A DNA stretch of 64,000 bases, taken from Lama guanicoe. Lineage: Eukaryota. Below the pieces are notes generated by a model. That model searched no databases. It was not told the origin of the DNA and saw only the letters and a list, made by a program, of their open reading frames with translations. Both the position numbers and the translations under genes were made by a program. Positions 29,021 to 41,781 of this stretch are shown here, piece after piece; position 1 is the stretch's first letter, and every line of letters starts with the position of its first letter. Location: assembly GCA_013239625.1 (NCBI GenBank), contig MU053810.1, positions 3,876,071 through 3,940,070 of the forward strand, written 5' to 3'.

Positions 29021-30147
29021 CTAGTGGAGGTTAAACAAGAGAGAAGTAAGATTATAGGAGAAGAGATAGTTAAGATGTCATAACTATGGTAATCCAGGTG
29101 AAAAATGTTGGTGGCTTGACCAGGGGATAACAGGGGCATGATGAAGATGAAGATGGGATTATGAGCTGTAATTTTAGAGATAATTAGCTAGATTTTTCCA
29201 TTTGAATGAATTGATGGTGGTGATGAACAGCAAGGGAAAGAAAGAAATCAAATTCAAGATGCCTGAAACATCCAAATGTGGATGTTTAGTTGGCAAATGG
29301 AATTTTAAGGCTGGAATGTTAAGGAGAGGTGTGGACTGGAAATAAAAAGTTGGAAGTCATAAGAATACGAGTGATGTGGAATGGATAGCTCACCAAGGAA
29401 GAGGCTACAGAGAAATACAAGAGAACCCACTACACTCAGTGGAGGAAACTCAACATTTAGAAGACTCCAAAAGGAGGAAAACCAGCAAGGTAGAACAAGA
29501 ATGAGACAACTGGGGTGGAGGCCTCCAAAAATCTCATCCTGTAACAGCACCAGCTTGAAGTCAGGATCTTATTACTTAAATCAGGACCAGGAGCAAATGA
29601 GGCCCTTTGACTAAGTCTATCTTGATTAGAAGACACAGGAACTAAAGAGGCAAGTTATCTGATCCCACAGCCAAGATACCATGGTAGGACATAGGATGAC
29701 CTCGAAAGACCCTTGCCTTGGGTCATGGATGTATCTATTCCTACTGGAAATGTGTGATGGTTCCTAGGCACAGAAATTCAGACATGTACTTTATTAGAGT
29801 AAATATCTGGGTTATCAAAATATCAGTTTTCTAGCTGAATGACCAAACACTGCCATGTTACATACACTAGAACTGGGCAGACTTGAAGTGTGGCTCAGAG
29901 GGAACCCAGGCAACAAGGGGACCTGTTATGAGATCAAAGCTGACTGCAGGGACAACTCAGTGCTGTGCCCTCAAAATGAGAAGCTAGAGTAACATGTGCG
30001 ACTGCTTTCAATCTCAAGTCTGGATTTTTCCTAGAAATAAGGTGCACTGGAATGAAGTAGATGGAAAATCAGTTAAGGACAAGAGTTCAGTTATGATACT
30101 CTTCTGATGAGAACACTCTTTTTTGTTAGCTTCATGAGAAATGAAAG

Positions 30148-32147
30148 TTCAGGATACAAAATCTACAGATAAAAGTCAGTAGCATTTCTACACACTAATG
30201 ATGAATTATCTGAGAGAGAATAAAGAAAATAACCCCATTTATAACAGCATCAAAAACAATAAAATATTTAAGAATATGTGTAACCAAGGGGGTGAAAAAA
30301 TCTCTATACTGGAAAAGACACTGATGACAGAAATTGAAGAACACACAAATAAATGGAAAGAAACTTTGTGTTCATAGATTGGAAGAATCAATATTGTTAA
30401 AATATCTATATTACTCAGTCACCTATAGATTCAATATAATCCCTATCAAGATTCCAATGACACTTTTTACAGAAGTAGAAAAAACAATCCTAAAATGTAT
30501 ATGGAACCGTACAGACCCCAGAAAACCAAAGCAGTCCTGAGAAAGAAGAATAAAGCCAGAGGAATCACATTTTCTGATTTCAAATATATTATAAAGCTAT
30601 AAAATCAAAACAGTATGGTACTAGCATTAAGAACAGAGACATAAATCAATGGAACAGCATCAAGAATATGATCAACTAATATTTGACAAGGCAGACAAAA
30701 ATACTCAGTGGAGAAAAGACACTCTATTCACTAATCAGTGCTGGGAAAACTGGATAGTCCCATGTAAAAGAATGCAACTAGACCCCTGTATCTGACACCT
30801 CTCACAAAAATTAACCCAAAATGGATTAAAGACTTAAATTAAAGACTGGAAGCCATAAAACTCCTAAAGAAAAACATAGGGGAAAAGCTTTTTGACATGG
30901 GTCTCAGCAATGATTTTTTTTTTGGATATGACACCTAAAACACAAGTAACAAAATAAAAAATAAACAAATTGGGACTAAATCAAACTAGAAAGCTTCTGC
31001 ACAGCAAAAGAAACAATCAACAGAACGAAAAGGCAAACTACAGAATGGGAGATAACATTTGGAAACCATGTATGTCATAGGGGTTAATATCCAAAATATA
31101 TAAAGATCTCATACAACACAATAGCAAAAAAATCCAAATAGCCCAATTAATAAATGGGCAGATGACCTGAGTAGACATTTTTCCAAAGAAGATATTCAAA
31201 TGGTCAACTGGTACTTTTATTTTCAGGAAAGTGCAAATCAAAACCACAATGAGATATCACTTCCCAATTGTTAGAATCGCCATTGTCAAAAAGGCAAGTG
31301 GTAACAAGTGTCGGCAAAGATGTGAAGGAAAGGGAACCCCTGTGCACTGTGGGAATGCAAACTGGTGTAGCCACTATGGAAAACAGCACACAGGTTTCTC
31401 AAAAAATTAAAAAGAGAAGTACCATATGATCCAGCAATCCCACTTCTGGGTATTTATCCAAAGGAATCAAAACACTAACTTGAAAAGATATATGCACACC
31501 ATGTTCACTGAACCATTATTTACAATAGCCAAGACATGGAAGCAACCTAAGAGTCCACTGATAGATGTATGGATAAAGAAGATGTGGTGTATTTGTACAG
31601 TGGAATATTATCCAGCCATGGATAAAAAGGCAGTCTTGCCATTTGCAACAACATGGATGGACCTGGAGGGCATCATGCTAAGTGAAATAAGTCAGACAGA
31701 GAAAGGCAAATACGTGTGACGTATGACCTCACTTTTATGTGGAATCTTTAAAAACAACAACAACAACAACAAAAAATCCCTAAACCCCTAGATACAGAGA
31801 ACAGATTGGTGGTTGTCTGAGGCAGGGGATGAAGGAGGGGTTGGAAAAACAGGTAAAGGTGGTCAAAAGATAGAAACTTCCAGTTTAAAGATAAATAAGT
31901 CCTGGGGATACAATGTACAACATAGTGACTGCAGTTAACCATACTGTATTGTATATTTGAAACTCGCTAAGAGAATAAATCTTAAAAGTTCTCATCACAG
32001 GAAAAAAATTGTATACATTTGTATGGTAATGAATATTAACTACTAGATTGATGGCAGTGATCATTTTGCAATACATGCATATATCAAATCATTATGCTGC
32101 ATTCCTGAAACTAATATACAGTTATATGGCAATTATATCTCAGTTTT
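30148..32147 (+). mobile_element. 5'-truncated L1, ~2 kb, decayed ORF2 and 3'UTR
   Basis: ORF2 peptides [24 protein letters not shown] and FATTWMDLEGIMLSEISQTEK. Confidence 0.92.
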
Positions 32148-34093
32148 ACACACACACACAAAAAGGATAAATAAAAGCCACTAAGCGTAGGAATCACAAA
32201 AAGATTCAAAATTATTTTATATGCTTCTCTCAAAGCCAATCCAAGGACACAGCTGCTCCATACTTTACTACTGACCTCTACTTACTGATCCTAGTGGTTT
32301 ACTTCAAGCTCTTTGACTTTTTAAACTAGGCTCTTAATAGGCCAGAAAATAAACTGTATTGAAAAAGTAATAGTCAAGCATGGAACAAAAGCCCTTCAGT
32401 GAGAAAGTTCTTTTAATTTTTACACAATGACTCTGGTCAACACCACCTTCTCCCACTCCTCCATCTAGTCAAAATCACAAATCTCCATTTCTGGAAAAAT
32501 GCACTAGAGCAACGAAGGAAGCCCAGTCACAAAGCCAGCCTTCCTCTGAGGGGACAACAGACGCCCTTGGTGGGGGTGGGGGTGCCAAACAGTGGTCTCG
32601 CTGGACCCAAAGGCATGCCATGGAAACCCAGTCATAAGAACCTTAAGTGCACTCCCTCTACTGAAACCGTGAACCCCCGAACCAGTTCTGAGCATGCTGA
32701 AGGCTCTTTGCAGTTGTGAGGTTTGCGGTGCAAAATCTCGCTGCTTGGCAACAAGCGTGGTGCGCAACTTCTAAACTTCTAGGCAACAAAATAAAACGCG
32801 ATTGGTTCCCCCATGGGCAGGAGAATAGCACCGGCAAGCGCTTACAGTTCAAATAAAGAGGCAAAGCAATTCAGAGACCGTGGGGTCTGTTCACAGCCTA
32901 GGCATAAGCTCACTGATTAAGTAGTTTAATTTCTTGTCTAATACTGCTGACGAACTGACAGTTTAACATTGGCTTACCGCTCTATAAAAATACATTTCCA
33001 TTCATGACAATGTGCACATTCAGTTGTTTGTTTTCAGAAGCAACTCCTGGACTTGGGGGTAATGACAGAAGAGGATGGGATGAGGCAGGAGAAATCTACC
33101 AAGAAAACTCCATCACAGAGACAATTTTTATATGTCAGGTGTTTAAAAGTAAAGAATTCAAAAGAAACATATTTGTTAACACATGGTTTCGGTGGCTAGC
33201 TAACCACGATTGTTTTCCTAGCCTGCATTCCCAAGCTGGTTTCATAGAAGGCTTTATTGTAGTCCCCGAGCATTGTTTTGCATTAATTTCTATGACAAGG
33301 CACCCAAAACACATGGTGCTGAGAGTAACAAAACAGAGTTAGGGAAACAGTCATGACTTGGCACAAAGTGTGACAAGCTGTAAAAAAGGGAATGTTTCAA
33401 TATCTGAAGTGGTGTTGATTTCCTATGAACAACCTTTTCTCTTCTAAACAGTATCATATTCTTTTCAAGCACATTTAGAACGCAAGTCAAGCTGTGTTTT
33501 ATTTTTGATTATAATAAACACAGTCAGTTTACTGTAACAAAGACATACTCGTGGTGATCAGTTGAAAGCCAGAGTACAACACCATAAGATGGGCAGGGGG
33601 TGAGGTGGGGGATCCTGGGGGGTGGGTAGTCAACTGATAAAATAAAAGACCAGCCGTCTGGAAAGTTCTCTTAAAAGAACATAAAAAGGCAGTGTTTTCT
33701 TATGAGACCAACACAGAATGCCAAAATATCTGGCTAGCCTCTTTTTTGTTTTCACTTATGGCAATTTGTAACTAAAAATAGCAAATCCTTCAAAATATTG
33801 GGCTCTCATATTTGTTTTTTTAATCCCTATAATAAACAAGAATTTTGCAAACTGTTTTAAATTGTAATACTCTTTCTTATGTAAGACTCTTCTACATAGT
33901 ATGTTAATTACAGTACCACCTAAACTGTTTTCTTCAAAACAATCATTAAAAATGTTTATAATTATGCACGCATTTAGATTGATAAAAGTGAAATGAAAAG
34001 TTCACAGCAAATAGTTACAAATAAAGCTTATAAAACTTTCATAATTAAACTCCTGGATACAAATTTATTAAGAAATAATGTAAATCCTCTTAC

Positions 34094-34159
34094 CACTTCT
34101 TGAACCAATGATTTTTCAAAATCAAGCTCATACAGTAATTTGTCTCTACCATCCATTAG
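34094..34159 (-). CDS. C10orf67: C10orf67-like exon LMDGRDKLLYELDFEKSLVQEV, copy A of a duplicated exon
   Basis: ttctcttgcag|CTA...GTG|gtaaga, 66 nt, phase 0-0. Resembles human [22 protein letters not shown]. Confidence 0.87.
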
Positions 34160-36195
34160 CTGCAAGAGAAGAATATTACATTTTGATTAAAGATAAGAAC
34201 AGAGCACCTGAGATTCCTCCTTAATAAAATTTAGTTAAACATATTTTGATTCTAAATGTGAGGGGAAAATGGATCCCAGTATAATCAAAGCAAAAAAAAA
34301 AAAGTCCACAGATTATCATGTAATAATAATATATTATTATACAACTATTATATTTTATTATGTAAACAAGCAAAATATACACAGAAAATGCCAATTTTTT
34401 ACAGCCTTTCTCACCCCACTTCCCCCAAAATGTGGTAACAATACATAATAAAGAAAGTCCTAGTTTATCAAAAAGAGCCATTTTGTTTCACTCTTTATAT
34501 GACCCATTTCTCTTATTTTAAGTTTTTGTGCTATACTTATATGCACATCAAGCCATATTATGCCAGTTGAAAATAGCCATCAAAGCATATACTGTGGGAC
34601 CTTTGTAGTAATTTGGCTTGTCTCATTACTTTAAATGATTGTCATTTGTGTGTGGTATATACACTGACAAAATTCAGCAACTTCTTTTGACATCCATTCC
34701 ATTCAATTAATTCATATACTTATTAACTTAATAAACGTGTTTGGAGCACCTTTTGGATGCGAGGCATTTTGTTGGGCTGTGGAGGTATAAAAATGAAAAG
34801 CAGATCCCTTCCCTGGAGCATCTATATAGTACAGTAGGGGAGCAATGTGAAAAAAATGACTGTAACACGCAAGCAAAAAGGTCACTCAATCAAATCTTCA
34901 GGTAGTCCAAAAGCATAAAAATCCACATCACCTAGCAACCGTAATTACAACAAGATCTCTATGCCTGGTGGTAATGGCACAGAAGTGCTATTGGACAAGG
35001 GTCTTGAAGGATCTGTAGAAGTTCAACAAGCTAGAGAAGAAGAAAGGCAAAGATGATGGCAATCAAAACAGCAAAGTAACCACAGAGAAGCATGGAGTGA
35101 TGGAGGAACTGGGAAGAGTCTGGTGTTTCTGGACCCAGGGCACGTCTAGACAGGAATGGCAGGAACTGAAGGCAGACGGTGATCCAAGGGGAAATTATGA
35201 GGGTCCTTGCCCACCTTGGTTAGGAGTAGAGGTCAGAAAGGTGTGATGCAGAGAACAGGGGTAAGTTCAGATCAGAGCACTGCTGCTTACTAGCTGTGGA
35301 GGTAAATTAATTCTATGCTTCAAGTCTTAGTTTTCTCTTCTCTAAATTAGTATAACAAAACTGACATTGAAGACTTTTTCTGAAAAGAATTTGAGACAGT
35401 AAATGTGAAAGTGCTTAGCTGTTCCTGGCACATAAAAATCACCTAGAATGTTTTGGGATCTCCTGATTTTATACTGAAGGCAATGGGAAACCAGTGAAGG
35501 TTTCAGCACGTAGGATGAGGGTATCAGATCCCATGGCAGCAACGTGGAAGCCAGATTTGCAGGGGGATGAGCTTGAAGACAGGAAAATGAAGTAGGACCT
35601 GATGGACGTGAGGAGGACCTCCATCAAGTCTGTGACAATGTTCCTGCAGAGAAAGGAGAATGGAGATACATTTTGGAGAGAAAGTCTACAGACCTAATGA
35701 CCAACTAGACACAAGGTGTCAAGGAGAGAGTAGAGGAAGACCTTAGATTTGTCTCTGGTCCTCTGGACAGATGGCAATGTCATTCATTTAAGTGGTGAAT
35801 ACGGTCAAGTCCAGATTTACAGAGTAATGAATTCAAGTTTTGACACTGGGTTTGAGGAACATGGAAGGCATTTTTGTTCAGCAAATATTTTTAAGAGCTG
35901 ATAATAAAGGATACAAAGATAAGACATGGTTATTGACCTCCATGGAGCAAAAATTGTTTTAAATTGTAATACTCTTTCTTATGTAAGACTCTTCTACATA
36001 GTATGTTAATTACAGTACCACCTAAACTGTTTTCTTCAAAACAATCATTAAAAATGTTTATAATTATGCACGCATTTAGATTGATAAAAGTGAAATGAAA
36101 AGTTCACAGCAAATAGTTACAAATAAAGCTTATAAAACTTTCATAATTAAACTCCTGGATACAAATTTACTAAGAAATAATGTAAATCCTCTTAC

Positions 36196-36261
36196 CACTT
36201 CTTGAACCAATGATTTTTCAAAATCAAGCTCATACAGTAATTTGTCTCTACCATCCATTAG
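36196..36261 (-). CDS. C10orf67: C10orf67-like exon LMDGRDKLLYELDFEKSLVQEV, copy B (identical)
   Basis: Same 66 nt and same splice sites as 34094-34159, offset by 2102 bp. Confidence 0.8.
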
Positions 36262-39200
36262 CTGCAAGAGAAGAATATTACATTTTGATTAAAGATAAGA
36301 ACAGAGCACCTGAGATTCCTCCTTAATAAAATTTAGTTAAACATATTTTGATTCTAAATGTGAGGGGAAATGGATCCCAGTATAATCAAAGCAAAAAAAA
36401 AAAAGTCCACAGATTATCATGTAATAATAATATATTATTATACAACTATTATATTTTATTATGTAAACAAGCAAAATATACACAGAAAATGCCAATTTTT
36501 TACAGCCTTTCTCACCCCACTTCCCCCAAAATGTGGTAATAATACATAATAAAGAAAGTCCTAGTTTATCAAAAAGAGCCATTTTGTTTTACTCTTTATA
36601 TGACCCATTTCTCTTATTTTAAGTTTTTGTGCTATACTTATATGCACATCAAGCCATATTATGCCAGTTGAAAATAGCCATCAAAGCATATACTGTGGGA
36701 CCTTTGTAGTAATTTGGCTTGTCTCATTACTTTAAATGATTGTCATTTGTGTGTGGTATATACACTGACAAAATTCAGCAACTTCTTTTGACATCCATTC
36801 CATTCAATTAATTCATATACTTATTAACTTAATAAACGTGTTTGGAGCACCTTTTGGATGCGAGGCATTTTGTTGGGCTGTGGAGGTATAAAAATGAAAA
36901 GCAGATCCCTTCCCTGGAGCATCTATATAGTACAGTAGGGGAGCAATGTGAAAAAAATGACTGTAACACGCAAGCAAAAAGGTCACTCAATCAAATCTTC
37001 AGGTAGTCCAAAAGCATAAAAATCCACATCACCTAGCAACCGTAATTACAACAAGATCTCTATGCCTGGTGGTAATGGCACAGAAGTGCTATTGGACAAG
37101 GGTCTTGAAGGATCTGTAGAAGTTCAACAAGCTAGAGAAGAAGAAAGGCAAAGATGATGGCAATCAAAACAGCAAAGTAACCACAGAGAAGCATGGAGTG
37201 ATGGAGGAACTGGGAAGAGTCTGGTGTTTCTGGACCCAGGGCACGTCTAGACAGGAATGGCAGGAACTGAAGGCAGACGGTGATCCAAGGGGAAATTATG
37301 AGGGTCCTTGCCCACCTTGGTTAGGAGTAGAGGTCAGAAAGGTGTGATGCAGAGAACAGGGGTAAGTTCAGATCAGAGCACTGCTGCTTACTAGCTGTGG
37401 AGGTAAATTAATTCTATGCTTCAAGTCTTAGTTTTCTCTTCTCTAAATTAGTATAACAAAACTGACATTGAAGACTTTTTCTGAAAAGAAAATGAGACAG
37501 TAAATGTGAAAGTGCTTAGCTGTTCCTGGCACATAAAAATCACCTAGAATGTTTTGGGATCTCCTGATTTTATACTGAAGGCAATGGGAAACCAGTGAAG
37601 GTTTCAGCACGTAGGATGAGGGTATCAGATCCCATGGCAGCAACGTGGAAGCCAGATTTGCAGGGGGATGAGCTTGGAGACAGGAAAATGAAGTAGGACC
37701 TGACGGACGTGAGGAGGACCTCCATCAAGTCTGTGACAATGTTCCTGCAGAGAAAGGAGAATGGAGATACATTTTGGAGAGAAAGTCTACAGACCTAATG
37801 ACCAACTAGACACAAGGTGTCAAGGAGAGAGTAGAGGAAGACCTTAGATTTGTCTCTGGTCCTCTGGACAGATGGCAATGTCATTCATTTAAGTGGTGAA
37901 TACGGTCAAGTCCAGATTTACAGAGTAATGAATTCAAGTTTTGACACTGGGTTTGAGGAACATGGAAGGCATTTTTGTTCAGCAAATATTTTTAAGAGCT
38001 GATAATAAAGGATACAAAGATAAGACATGGTTATTGACCTCCATGGAGCAAACAGTCCCAGGTATGTGAGCAAATAGTCCCAGGCACAGTGGAAGTCCCT
38101 AATTACCATAGGGGACAGGAGGGGACTGTCAAGGAAGTCTTCGCAGGGCATGTAACAAGGAAATTGAGGATGAAGATGGAAGTGATATTATGTATGTAGT
38201 GTTCAGGGAAAACATGAAGCAGGAGAGAAAGTCTGGAGGTCAACGGTAAACAGATGTGCCAGTTATAGGAGAGTCTAAGGTCAGCCAGAGAGAAAACAAT
38301 GACAACCAAGGATAAAGAGAATTCCCAGGACAGCATTCTCGTGAAAGATGGAGGAAGAGAAACTATCGACAAGTATTGCTCACGAAAGAGTGAAAAAATC
38401 AGAAGCAAGCATTGCTGCAGAAGGCATCTCTGACATGGGGCATAGATCTGTCATGCAGAAGATTCAAGAAGGAATAAGACTGAAAAGGACTGAGGGCAAG
38501 AGGAATCTCATTGTGACCTTATCAATGGGAAAAACTAGCAGTGGGGGCGTGAAGAAGGGACTGTTAGACACAGATTTCTTTTTGTTGATATTTGAAGAAG
38601 AGGGAATGGTGATGGCTTCAGGGGTGGTCAAGGTCAGGGGATACCACCCAGGATGATGCCTTGGCTATGTCTGTAGGCTGGAGGGAAATGCTTAAAGGCA
38701 CAAGAGAGAGAAAGGCTGATGAAGAAATCCCAAAAGAGGAGGAAGGAAGAGATGGAGTCAGGCAAACAGGTGGATGGATAGGTCAAGGCAAAGAAGAATG
38801 TCCCTTCTTCTGATGAGAAGGTGTAAAGGTGAGGCTAGGTACGCTAAGTGACAGGGTGAGCAAGAGAGTGCAGCGGAGAAAACAAATCCAGGTGCCTGCC
38901 ATGTTCTTTGTGAGTTACTCCAGGAGGAGAGGAGGAACAGAGATGGAATTGAGGAAAGTAGCGGTGATGGGCAGAGTGCTAGTGGGCAGTGAGAAAGCGT
39001 GCCAATTAGACCCAAGTGAAAGGATGGGGAGAGGGAGCGCACAGTGACTCTGGGTTAAAGCTCCATATGCATCTTGCAGTGTCACCTAAATCAAGGATCG
39101 GCTGTCTCCAAAGGTACAGGGCAGTCCCCGAGCAGGGCTGGGGAGCGGGGAGCACTGGTTGTATGAGAGCCTCAGAAGGTGGTGTAGTTGAAGCTGTGAA

Positions 39201-39445
39201 AGGCTGGACAGAGGCTTTAGAGAAAGTAAATCAATGAGAAGTGGAAGGAAACGAAAAGATTTCGTGTTAAGTCATTATATCTTAGTCTAAAAAGAAGCGT
39301 CATCAAGTTTCCAATGGGCATCAATTACTGGCCGCTGGCCACACCCTTCCTTCCTCCTTAGATCTCTCAGTTATCTCTACTCTCTGTTGTGCTTTTCCCT
39401 TCTCATTCTTCTTCCCAATGACATCATTTGAAAATACTCTAGTTT

Positions 39446-39567
39446 TGTGGGGGAAGGTAGTGCTCAGTGGCAGAGCACATGCTTAGCGTGCACGAGGTCC
39501 TGGGTTCATCTCCCAGTACCTCCATTAAAATGAATAAATCAATTAATAAACCTAATTACCTCCCCCC
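39446..39567 (+). mobile_element. tRNA-derived SINE (vic-1-like)
   Basis: A/B boxes; 15-bp TSD aaaatactctagttt at 39431-39445 and 39568-39582. Confidence 0.88.
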
Positions 39568-40113
39568 AAAATACTCTAGTTTCATCTTTTAAAAAATTCC
39601 TCCCTCAATCCCATGTCCCCCTCCAACTCCTCCCTGACGTCTCCCTGGCCACCTGCAGCCAAACTTCTAGACAGTTGCCCACGTTCACTGTTCCCACTTG
39701 TGCATTCACCCCCTTTTCTCTACTGCTTCCAGAATCCAGTCAAATGACACTCATGAATTAACAGATGCCAAAGCTAACTGTCCAATCTTCCCTTTTTAGC
39801 CTTTCACACACCTGGCCTCTGGCAACACTGGCCACACTGAATGCTTCCTTCCTTTTTGAGACTCTCATGCTTGGCTTCTGTGATAGCCTCTGCCCTGCTT
39901 CCCTCCTGCCCTACTCCTGTTCCCATTCTCATCTGAATGTTACCCAGCTTTCACTTCTCTCTCTCCTTTATCTCTCCCACCTTCAACCTTATCAAATTCA
40001 TAACTTTTACTGCCTAATCATCTCTTGAACTCATCCTCTCCTTCATCTCCAGGGTCACAGTCCTCTTTCTGTTTCAGGACTTTGTAGTTGCCCTGGTTTA
40101 TACGAGAAACCTT

Positions 40114-41499
40114 GGTTTTTCTTTCTTTCTTTCTTTCTTTTTTTTTGGTCCTGGCGGCAGCAGGGCTGACCGGCGGTGCCCACCCTTCAGGTTTCTGTGC
40201 CTCCGTTCCGCTCTCCACCTGCTCGCTGCCCACTTCGCCACCATGACAGAACAGGCCATCTCCTTCGCCAAGGACTTCCCGGCCAGAGGCATCGCCGCCG
40301 CCATCTCCAAGACAGCCGTGGCCCCGATCGAGTGGGTCAAGCTGCTGCTGCTGCAGGTGCATCATGCCAGTAAGCAGACTGCGGCCGACAAGCAGTACAA
40401 AGGCGTCGTGGACTGCATCGTGCACATCCCCAAGGAGCAGGGCGTGCTGTCCTTCTGGAGGGGCAACCTGGCCAATGTTACCTGCCACTTCCCCACGCAA
40501 GCCCTCAACTTCACCTTCAAGGACAAGTACAAGCAGATCTTCCTGGGGGGTGTGGACAAGCACATGCAGTTCTGGAGGTATTTTGCTGGCAATCTGGCCT
40601 CTGGAGGTGCAGCTGGAGCCACCTCCCTCTGCTTTGTCTACCTGCTGGATTTCGCCAGAACCTGCCTGGCAGCCGATGTGGGGAAGTCCAGCGAGGAGCG
40701 GGAGTTCAAAGGCCTAGGAGACTGTCTGGTGAAGATCGTGAAGTCTGAAGTAGTCCGAGGCCTGTACCAGGGCTTCAACATCTCCGTGCAGGGCATCATC
40801 ATCTACTGGCCGCCTACTTCTGCATGTATGACACGGCCAAAGGCATGCTCCCCGACCCCCAAAACACCCACATCATGGTAAGCTGGATGATCGCGCAGAG
40901 GTGATGGCCATGGCCAGCGTGGTCTCCCACTCTCTCGATACCGTGCACCGGTGATGATGCAGTCTGGCCGCAAAGGAGCCGACATCATGTACAGGGGTAC
41001 CCTGGACTGCTGGTGGAAGATCTTCAGAGATGAAGAGGGCAAAGCCTTCTTCAAGGGTGCCTTCGTGCTGGTCCTGTACAACGGACTGAACAAGGTCATC
41101 TAGGCGCCGCAGGCCCGGGCCTGCAGGGCCCCAGAGAGTGATACTGACACCTAACTGTTATGGACCATTGACCTTTGAGAAATTCCAGGCCTTGCGGGGG
41201 GCTGGGCAGCTCTGGCCAAGGGCGCATTGTCACTGTGGCCATCGACACTGCAGGTCCACGCGTTGATTGGGGAATTAAGGCGTCTTCGTGGGTCCACTAG
41301 TGAGGCAGCTCTGCCAAGGCACACCTAGACTCCCAGTACTTGTAGGACAAACCCATGTTTAAGTATTTATTTAAAACAAATCATGTCTCCCATTTGTACT
41401 TAGGCACTGTTCTCTTTTGCATAGCTGAATACTTGCAGTTATGTTCTAAGTTGGGCATTCAGCTACAGAATAAAAACAGGACTCCAAAAAAAAAAAAAA
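40114..41499 (+). pseudogene. SLC25A6: Processed pseudogene of ADP/ATP translocase 3 (ANT3)
   Basis: [13 protein letters not shown]-terminus and ..LNKVI* end (40243-41103) fit ANT3. Intronless, with frameshifts after ~40810, loss of the RRRMMM motif and deletion of WSNVLRGMGGA. AATAAA at 41469-41474, poly(A), TSD agaaacctt at 40105-40113 and 41500-41508. Confidence 0.93.
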
Positions 41500-41563
41500 A
41501 GAAACCTTATAACTGATCTCTCTGGCTTTGAATTTTTCCTCCCTGCCATTTGTTTTCTTTCTG

Positions 41564-41781
41564 CATTGTATATTCTTGCCTCCTTTGTCGAAGATTAACT
41601 GACCATAGGTCTGTGGGTTTATTTCTGGGCTCTCTTTTCTAATCCATTGATCCATAAGTCTGTTTTTATTCCAATACCATGCTGTTTTGATTACTGTAGC
41701 TCTGTAGTATTGTCTGAAGTCTGGGAGGGTTATTCCTCCAGCTTCGTTCTTTTTCTTCAAAAATGCTTTGGCAATTCTTGG
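41564..41781 (-). mobile_element. Tail-less internal L1 ORF2 fragment with a TSD
   Basis: Peptide [37 protein letters not shown]; 14-bp direct repeat ttgttttctttctg at 41550-41563 and 41782-41795. Confidence 0.88.

Larger units (their letters stand above)
33847..38053. repeat. Head-to-tail tandem duplication, unit ~2.1 kb, copies >99% identical
   Basis: 33853-35951 repeats at 35955-38052. I see only about 8 differences by eye. The ORF track shows paired ORFs (34221/36337, 35342/37443). Confidence 0.97.

Noticed and set aside
40243..40881. 212-aa ANT3 ORF as a functional carrier
   Set aside because: Many conserved residues are replaced, the third repeat is frameshifted, and the RRRMMM signature is lost.
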